From Negaprion brevirostris (taxonomy: Eukaryota), in assembly GCA_030324005.1 (NCBI GenBank), contig JARDVH010000084.1, positions 39,627,836-39,691,835 on the forward strand: DNA of 64,000 bases, written 5' to 3'. Position numbers and translations under genes: made by a program. The notes below the pieces were generated by a model. That model was given only the letters and a program-made list of their open reading frames with translations. It ran no database searches and had not been told where the DNA came from. Each line of letters starts with the position of its first letter. Position 1 is the stretch's first letter. Below, piece by piece: positions 24,340 through 33,310 of this stretch.

Positions 24340-25339
24340 ATTAACCTTTTTTAATTAGGTGGGAAAGCAGCTTGCTCAGTTTTTGCAAAGCAATTGGACC
24401 ATTACTCAGTTTTGCTTGCACCAATTTAGAGTTTTGTGATCTAATTATTTCTCCTTGCAAGCTATACATTCAAGCCACATCCTTTTAATTTCTTGTAAAT
24501 TATCCCTATATCCAGCAGAACCTAGATCTCAGCTGCTGATAGTGTAGTAGGGCAGCCGGCTCCAACACTGTTTGTAATTGGACCTAACCTCTCCATGGTC
24601 ACAATACAGTGCCATCACATTATCAACTTTCCTTCCCAACAATCACGTTTACATTTCACCTGGCAAAGAAAAGTGATAGGATAAGGGCATGAAAGTTACT
24701 CAAATTCTCTTCAGCACATATGTTACACTGCAGAAAAGTAAAACAAATATATTTGAAGGTGAAGTACTTTTAGAAATCACACAATCCACAGTAGGGAAAA
24801 AAATGCAATTTTTTCACTTTTTCCTATTCCACATTTAAGTTATATGACATCTGAAATTCTTATATCTCATATAGAGTCATACAATTCTCAAAGCAAATAA
24901 GGAAGGATACAAATAAATTACTGTGTTATTATCTACGGCCCCTGCATTTCATAGTTTTTATCAGTAACCAGAGCACTGTAATAAGGATAATTTGTTGTGC
25001 TAATTAAGTACATATTCTGCCACACTTCAAATGGCTCAAATCAAAACAAAATTACCTCAAAACAAAGCCTTGCACACCGATTTTGGGTTCCAAGTAACAT
25101 TTTTAACAGCAGAATCCAATAGCGGTGTTATGCACTGATGTTTCATGGAGACAATGGTGGAGTAATTAGGCTCAGTGGTGCTTGTTCTTTGGGTGCTTTG
25201 TGTTGCAAAATGCTATCCGAGGTGCATGCACACACTACTAACTTGAAGCGTACTGTCATTTTCTTGGTAAAGGGGATAGTGTGCACACCCTTAATGTCCA
25301 TTGGAGAATTCAAAGTAGGTACCTCAATTAGCATGCAAT

Positions 25340-25680
25340 GCTGATTTGACAGCAACCGTACCATTCTATATTCCCCAGCCAATGGAAATAATCTCTGTGT
25401 CTACTGTGTCAAGCCCCTTCAGGACCTTGTATGTATCAATGAAATCACATGTCACTCTTCTAAAATCCAAAAAGCATATGCGCAAATTACATAGCCTCCC
25501 ACCTCAGCTATTTAATCTAGTGGTCCTTTGCAGCACCATCTCAACATAAAATATTCTCCCTTAAAGATGGGAACAACAGTCCCACCAAAGTCAATTGGTG
25601 TAAGGTTTCCTTATTTTTGTACTCCAAGCTCGTTGCATAAAGGCCAACATATCATTTGCTTTCCTAATTGCTTTTGTGTG
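25340..25680 (-). mobile_element. Old CR1 3' fragment
   Basis: tcaagccccttcaggaccttgtatgtatcaatgaaatcac and aaggccaacat..ttcctaattgc are reverse complements of CR1 ORF2. Confidence 0.6.
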
Positions 25681-26630
25681 TTCCATGTACAAGTGCTGCA
25701 TCATGTTTGTGTCCACAAGTGTGTTGATGGATTGACTATCGTTCCTTGCTGGAAAGATGGGTGTCAAGCTCTGCTAAAATCTGTGTTAAGCTGCTAACCG
25801 ACTCATCCAGGACCCATAGGAGTTCTGACAGGTTTCCAAATGCAATAAAAATTTTGCTGTGGATATCGATCAGCCTACTTCTGTAATCTGGCTCCTCAGA
25901 GACTTCATGTGAGGCCTCTGCAGCAAAGCCCATGTGCAACCTAGCCGTCCAGTGAGCTTGCACCTGCACTATTCTTGTCCTCTATTCCTAGCTGCCCCAG
26001 ACTTGTTCCCAGTATCTCGCCATGTGCAGTTCACACCTCTTATGCTACCTTCCAAGACACATGCATTGTCAGTGTCTGAGCTCGTGACTGCGAGCCTGAA
26101 ATCATCATGTATTCATTATCACTGCATTCTTGGTCATCTTCCACTGACTGGCCTGGTTGTACTTTCTGGACATCTGAGACGAAAAAGATGCAAGGGTAAA
26201 GTTGTGATGAGAGAAAAGGGAAAGTATGAAGTACATGCAGTTTTTCCATCAGCAAACATTGTGGGATGAGGGGCAAGAAGATGTGAAGAAGAGGATTAAC
26301 AACAAGACCACCATCAACTTGAATGGATTAAACCCCATGGGTGGCCATGGCTTCAACAATGGCCTTTCCAATAATTGTAAGCAATGGGGGTTAGAACATG
26401 AAAATATGCCTATTCCTCTCCCAGTTAATTCCTGCTACTTCCACTCGTGCACCATCTCCTGCAAGAGAGAATATTACAGCAGTGAGTATCCTGGAATAGG
26501 TTTGTGTGCCATGACTGAGTAGCTGGTGATATATGTAAGCTGTGAGATGTGTGTGTTGCTTACAGCAGTGCTAACGGTGTGAGCATATCAATGTTATGTA
26601 TGAGTACTGATTGAAAGAGGCTGCTGTTTA

Positions 26631-26915
26631 GGGGTGGCACAACGGTTAACACTGCTGCCTCACAGCACCAGGGATCCAGGTTCGATTCTCAGCTTGGGTC
26701 ACTGATCGTGTGGATCTGCACATTCTCCCGTATCAATGTGGGTTTCCTCCAGGCGCTCCAATTTCCTCCCACAGTCCAAAAGATGTACTGGGTAGTTGCA
26801 TTGGCCATGCTAGATTCTCCCTCAGTGTACTCAAACAGGCGCCAGAGTGTGGCGACTAAAGGATTTTCACAGTGTTAATGTAAGCCTCCTTGTGGCACTA
26901 ATAAATAAGCCTAAA
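26631..26915 (+). mobile_element. HE1-type V-SINE (tail B)
   Basis: B-box GGTTCGATTCTC, V-domain, tail ttctccctcagtgtac..gtggcgacta..ctaataaataa. Confidence 0.9.
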
Positions 26916-29634
26916 CATAGGTGAGTGATCAGAATGTGGTGACTGGGGTAGTGGGTAAGGCTACTTGTTCAGTTGACAGCATATAACATTTTAAGATGCA
27001 TTCACTGACTTTGCAGCCATTACATTTCTTGCAGTACTGCATCCAGCTATTCATTGATAAATTCCTGTCACTGATCTCCTATTGCCTTCTCAACATGTGT
27101 CTGAAAGGCCTTTCTGTGTCTTCATGGACATTGATCATCTCTTGTCCTTTCCAGCTCCTCCACCAAGAGTGGTCTCAGAATGGTTGCAGGACATTCTGAA
27201 AGGAGAGGGTGAACAGCCAGTTGTCATGGTGCACATTGGGTACATGGGTTTAAACTAAAGATGAGGTTCTAAAAAGCAGAATATAGGGAGCTAGGAAGCA
27301 AATTGAAAAGTTGGACCTCAAAGGTAGTTATCTCAGGATCACTACCAGTGCCACATGCTAGTCAGAGTGGAACCAACAGGATATATAAGATGAACACATG
27401 GCTGAAAAGACGTTGTAAGGGGGAGGGTTTCAGATTCTTGGGACATAACGACTGGTTCTGGGGAAAGTGGAACCTGTACAAACTGGATGGGTTACACCTG
27501 GGCAGGACCAGGACTGATGTCCTTGGTGGGGAGTACTTGCTAGAGTGAAAGGTATTAAATTAATACGGCAGGGGCATAAGGTGTAAGGATTCAGAGCAGG
27601 AGGAATCAACAACAACAGAAAAAGACAACAAGGAGAATAATAAGTGATAGTTAGAGAACTCAAGGGATTGAGTCATATAAGAACACAGTAAAAAAAAATA
27701 GGAAAGGAACAAGGAACGTTAAAAGGACTACTTCAACACTAGGAGCATTCAAAATAAAATGGATGAAATAGTTGCGCAGATAGATGTAAAGGGGTATGAT
27801 ATAGTTGGATTACGGAGACATAGTTCCAAGGTGACCACATTGATACAATACTGAGGAATTATTAGCATGGATAATGTATAATCTCTATGGGTCGAGGTAA
27901 GAAACACCAAGGGGCAAAAAACATTCATGGGGCTGGTAGACAGACCACCAAACTTGTTGTAGTAATGTTGGGAAAAGCATTAGATAGGAAATCAGAGGTG
28001 CATGTGATAAAGAAACATCTGTGATTATGGGCAACTTTAATCTGTATGTAGATTGGCAAGGATAAATTAGTCATACACAAAAGAGGTGGAATTTCTGGAG
28101 TGCATACAGGATGATTTTCTGGAGCAATACTTTGAGGAAACAGCAAAGGAACAGGCCATCTTGGACTGGGTATTGTGCAGTGAGAAAGGATTAGTTGGCA
28201 ATATAGTTGTGAGAGCGCCCTTGGGGATGAATGACAATAATATGATAAGAATTCTTTATCAAGGTTGATAGTTAGGTAGTTGATTCTGAGACCTGGGTCC
28301 TGAATCTCAGTAAAGTTAACTATGGTATGAGGCTGAATTGGCCACAAGGGACTAAGAAACATTACTGAAAGTAAGGACAGGTAATGGCAGACATTCAAGG
28401 AGTTAATAGGCGAACTCGAAAAGTTGTTTATTCCTATTTGGCGCAAGAGTGGAAAGGGAACTGTGGCCAAACCATGGCTTACAAGGGAAATTAGAGGTAG
28501 TATTAGCTTCAAAGAAGGAGCATACAAATTGGTAAGAAAAAGCAATAGACTTGAGGATGGGAAGAGTTTAAAATTCAGCAAAGGCTGGCCAAGGAATTGA
28601 TGAAAAAGAGAAAAATAGAGGAACATATTTCTCCGACCTTGTCACCCCGAGTCAAGATCACACTGATCCTGAAGAATAGCATGCGGGTCTAAGAATCAAT
28701 TTCATGCCCAGTGCCAAAGAGTTTGTGAGCCATCTGGCCGCTTTCTAATGGCGCAAACTGGATCGCGCCCATGAAAGGCATGGGACCCATTAGCATGTTT
28801 AAAGTAGCATTTAAATATGCAAAACCTCTTCAAATTCCAGCACACGGAAGTCTCTGGCCTTTGGGCATGGTGCAACGGTGGCGTGAATCATTACTGATCT
28901 CCATGAGCAGAGACCTAGTGCGATGGTTAAGCCAAGGGGCTCAGAGGCCACAGAAGCCCCTGGGTATTCAGGGGCATGGCCAGACGGTGCTCGTTGGGCA
29001 CCTTGGATATGGCCAACGGACATCCTGGTGGTGTTAGCTGGAACTGCCAGTATGCAGGGACAGTGCATACAGTGTGGGGACTAATGATTGGGGGGGGGGT
29101 GAGGGGGGCAATGCAAAAAGGCAATGACAGGGAGACATGCAAGTGTGAATCTTGTTGAGCGTCATGATTGGGGGGAGATGCGTAATGTCAGGGTTCAGGC
29201 AGTGGAACCAATCAGGAGGGCCCCGATGCCCTAAGGCTGGCAACCTCTGTCAGGGAGGGGTTGGGGTATGTGTTGTCGATGAAGGGGTCCCAATGTCCGT
29301 GATGGGAGGGCAAGGGTCTCCCAGTGCACTGTGAGATCAGGGCATTCTTCCAAAACAGCGCCCGATCACTTTACAGCTGGACTCACCAGCGTGTTTAGGC
29401 TCCATCTCACACACACATACTTGAGTGTGAAACGTCTGTGATCCAGACTACACCAGGCAGACATCGCGGATCACCCTGATGTTCTAGCCGCTATGCCATC
29501 ATGGCCAATAACACCAGCATCAGCAAAGGCTTTCAACCAACACCTTAAAGCCTAGGCTGTGGGAAACTGTTGGTGATGACAGTTGGAAGTCTCACAACAC
29601 CGGGTTAAAGTCCAACAAGTTTATTTGATAGTAA

Positions 29635-29675
29635 ACCCACAAGCTTTCGGAATGCTGTTCCTTCGTCGGGTGAGT
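29635..29675 (-). ncRNA. Minimal type I hammerhead ribozyme motif in a Penelope fragment (about 29586-29680)
   Basis: ACUCAC-CCGACGA-A-GGAA(CAGCA)UUCC-GAA-AGCU-U-GUGGGU: 6-bp stem I, 4-bp stem II, palindromic loopless stem III. Confidence 0.65.
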
Positions 29676-30526
29676 GGAAAGTTAACAGACATCGGATTTG
29701 GAGTCCCCAGTGTGCCGATTGTTTAACACCTGTGCACATTTAATATAGTCCGCCAAAAAGCTGTGATATTGAAAGACAGTTGGAGAGTTCCAGACTGAGA
29801 TTGATAGATTTATTTTTTGTCGCCATGTATACTGAGGGATATGAAGCAAAAGGAGGAAAATGGAGTTCAGATGCAGATTTGTAATGATCCAGTTGAGTGG
29901 TAGAACATTCTCAGAAGGATGAACGGCCTCCTCTTATTCCCGCTGTTCCTATATATTGCAAATAACAAATGTCAGACCTGTTGCCAAGCCCACCACTGCT
30001 CTACCTACATCACACATTCTTGCTGCTAGCGGTATAATATTTGCTGATGGCAGCAAGTGATAATACAGAGGGAGATTGAATATGAGATTGAGAGCTTTCA
30101 AAAGATACCTGGGTCATGAGGTGGATTGGCGGAAAAATGACAGATTAATTTAAACATAGGCTTAGGCATGTTGCAACAAGTAACATGAACAGTTATACGG
30201 GTGCAGGCTCCTTAACAGTATTATACCTGAGGTCCAAATCTGAGTGCAGTTTTCTGAGATGTATAAGCAATTGCAGTTTTCAAATTCGATTACAAGTAAC
30301 TAGCAAATATCAATCACAATCACATTACGCTTGATCCATCATAACTCCCAAAGAAGAATGATATATTCAGTCTTCAGGTTGATATTATCATGATCCAGGC
30401 CACTCCTGTGTCGATAGATCACTCCCTTTTTCCTGTTACAAATGTCTGATTTAATGAGCTTAGCCCAGGATAATGACCATACTGCCTATCTGTGAAGACT
30501 CTTATAAGAAGACCTTTACTTTCATA

Positions 30527-30925
30527 GCAGAGACGATGGCCTAGTGGTATTATCGCTAGACTACTAATCCAGAAACTCAGCTAATCTTCTGGGACTCAGG
30601 TTCAAATCCTGCCGTGGCACGTGGTGAAATTTGAATTCACTAAAAAATTCTGGAATTAACAATCTACTGATGACCACGAAACCATTGTCAGAAAAACGCA
30701 TCTGGTTTAATGTGCTGTAGGGATGGAAATCTGCTATCTTTGCTTGGTCTGGCCTACATGTGACTCCAGAGCTACAGCAATGTGGTTGACTCTCAACTGC
30801 CCTCTGAAATGGCCCAGCAAGCCACTCCATTGTATTAATCACTACAAAGTCAAGGGCAACTTGGGATGAGCAAGAAATGCTGACCAGCCAGTGACGCCCA
30901 TACCCTACAAACAAATAAAAAAAAG
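30527..30925 (+). mobile_element. Complete tRNA-derived SINE: head of the tRNA-headed LINE plus a short 3' tail
   Basis: A-box TGGCCTAGTGG (30537), B-box GGTTCAAATCC (30599), shared body, tail caagggcaacttgggatgagcaagaaatgctg, A-rich end. Confidence 0.9.
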
Positions 30926-31001
30926 CTTGCTTGATTTTTAAACTTGGGTGATTATTGATCCTTTAGTGTCCGCCCCTCATCCAGGCCCAGCCTTAAAGGG
31001 G

Positions 31002-31048
31002 AGATACCAAATAAACCTGTTGGACTTTGACCTGGTGTTGTGAGACTT
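31002..31048 (+). mobile_element. Penelope family A micro-insertion
   Basis: taccaaataaacctgttggactttgacctggtgttgtgagactt between exact 10-bp repeats cttaaagggg (30992-31001, 31049-31058). Confidence 0.8.
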
Positions 31049-31193
31049 CTTAAAGGGGGGACAGCACTGAAGAAGCAGTGGGCCCCATAAATATTTAGCA
31101 AAATTAACCAAGGTGGCAAATTTAATCATTGCAGTTTTGTTAGGTAAGGTCAAAACAAAACTGCCATACAGCGCCCTTATTTGNNNNNNNNNN

Positions 31194-31562
31194 AGAATTC
31201 CATCACATTCCTGACTTGTGCCTTATGGATGGTGGACAGGCTTTGGGGAATCAAGAGGTGAGTTGCTCACTGAAGTATTCCTAGCCTCTGAACTACTTCC
31301 ATAGCCACTGTATTTATGCAGTGAGTCTAGCTGAGTCTCTGGTCAATGGTAACCCCAAGGTTAACAGTGGGAGATTCAGTGATGGTAAGACCATTAAATG
31401 TCAAGGGGTGGTGGTTAGAATGTCTATTATTGGTGATGATCATTGCCTGGCATTTGTGTGGCACACATGTTATTTGCCACTTGTCAGCCCAAGCCTGGAT
31501 ATTGTCCAGATCTTGTTGCATTTGAACATGGACTGATTCATTACCTGAGGAGTCATGAATGG
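31194..31562 (-). mobile_element. tRNA-headed LINE family, RT C-terminal fragment
   Basis: MQQDLDNIQAWADKWQITCVPHKCQAM..NLGVTIDQRL; homologous to 59862-60260. Confidence 0.75.
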
Positions 31563-32135
31563 CAGTGAATATTCTATCACAGTGTCTGTCACTGTGCCAC
31601 GCTCATGTAAACAGAAGAACTGGTGACTGGAGCACCATCTGAGGAATTGGTTCATTCCAATGTCTTTGAGAAGAAAGGAGGAACATGGGGAGTAAGAACT
31701 GACCAGGAAAAGTAATCAGTCCAAAAAAATATTTAAACAACAAACCAAATGAAATACTGCGATGAAATGCCATTCCATCTTATCAAGAGTCAAACCTCGT
31801 TACTTACTGTTGGTAAGTTCATCACTACGGTTGCACTTGGACAACAATGTATTTACTTTTTACAGAATTTTTGGCTGCAATATTGCATTGGGTCAATCTG
31901 CAGCAAAAATTCACATGTAAAATGGTCACAGCCATTCGTAGCTTAAGATGCACTTTAGGCACCTTAACTGGAAATGAACACTGACATTACTGAACTATGT
32001 AAATTGACATTCTGCACTTGTACCTTTGGAACATAGTGTCTGCCAGCGTGACACTGGGTCAGCCACTAACCCAGAGAGCCACAGCATGAACACTCCAGAA
32101 GCTTGCTAAAGCAGCAAAGCATCCAAGATACATCT

Positions 32136-32215
32136 TTTTTTATTTTTATTCATTCATGGAACATGAGCATCGCTGGCTGGCCAGCCTTTACTGCCCATCC
32201 CTAGTTGCCCTTGAG
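32136..32215 (-). mobile_element. 3' tail of the tRNA-headed LINE/SINE family
   Basis: Reverse complement tcaagggcaactagggatgggcagtaaaggctggccagccagcgatgctc..gaatgaataaaaa matches 30850-30925. Confidence 0.8.
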
Positions 32216-32459
32216 GATCTCCTGAAGGTTGTTTCAGGCTACTGGCAATTTTTGAAGCCAGGTTTTGGTTGAATACCAGCAGTTGTTGAGAAGGCATGAG
32301 CCTGCGGCTGCACCTGCTTTGACTTCATTGACTGCCCAGGGTCCGGGAAAAGACAGGCATGGTCACTACGGATGTTGCCATCCTGGCAACAACAGCAAGC
32401 AGGGCAGCAAGCGTCTGCGAGGGGAGGGAGTGAAAGCAAACAAAGGAACTAATGTCCAA

Positions 32460-32670
32460 GCAGGAAGGTGCTTCACAACAGCATGTGAGGAGGCTGTGCT
32501 TCAACTGGCTATCGCTGTCCTGTGTCATCTGCTGCACAGCAATTAATGCCAAAAGAACTCTGGAGGTAACGGTGAATCTCAACATCTACACCACTGGCCC
32601 ATCCCAGGCTGCAACAGATGACATCCATAACTTCTACCACTTTGTTGGCCACATTGCCATCATGTTAGGT
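32460..32670 (+). pseudogene. Harbinger (HARBI1-like) transposase N-terminal fossil
   Basis: QHVRRLCF...EVTVNLNIYTTGPSQAATDDIHNFYHFVGH resembles the HARBI1-family pattern (V/L)TxALxFYAxGSFQxxxGDxxxISQ. Confidence 0.6.
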
Positions 32671-32996
32671 GGTAGGTATCTTCTGCAAGGGGAGGTTATA
32701 TATCAGCCCAGATGTTGCAGTCACAGACATAGAGACAGTGTTTGCCACTGACATTGAAGAAAACTACCCACAAAGTTTGAGCAGGCTCCAGGGTGTCATT
32801 TTCCTGTACTCCAGCTTGACTTTCAACCTAGCACCCTCGATAGAGAATCTACGGCCTGTAGAAGTCTTCAAGCAAGCTGAGTAGCCAATCAGACTAAGGA
32901 ATTCTCAACATCAGCAAACCAGGAAGTAAGAAGCACAGATTATAATTTATTATTTAATCGTTTTATGGGAAGAGAAATAGATGTACAAGCAATTTA

Positions 32997-33310
32997 GGGG
33001 CGACAGGGTGGCACAGTGGTTAGCACTGCTGAATCACAGGGACCCGTGTTCAATTCCGGCCTCGGGTCACTGTGCGGAGTTTGCACGTTCTCCCCATATC
33101 TGTGTGGGTTTCCTTGGGGTGCTCCGATTTCCTCCCACACTTCAAAGATGTGCAGGTTAGATGGATTGGTCACGCTAAATTGACCCCAGTGTCAGGGGAT
33201 TAGCAAAGTAAATATATGAGGTGATGGGGATAAGATCTGGGTGGGATTGTGGTCAGTGCAGACTCGATGGGCGAACGGCTTCCTTCTGCACTGTAGGATT
33301 CTATGATTCT
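32997..33310 (+). mobile_element. HE1-type V-SINE (tail A)
   Basis: ggtggcacagtggttagcactgct...gcactgtaggattctatgattct. Confidence 0.9.

Noticed and set aside
30527-30620. tRNA gene
   Set aside because: The A/B boxes belong to a SINE head, with no downstream T-run terminator; the same applies to the HE1 heads.
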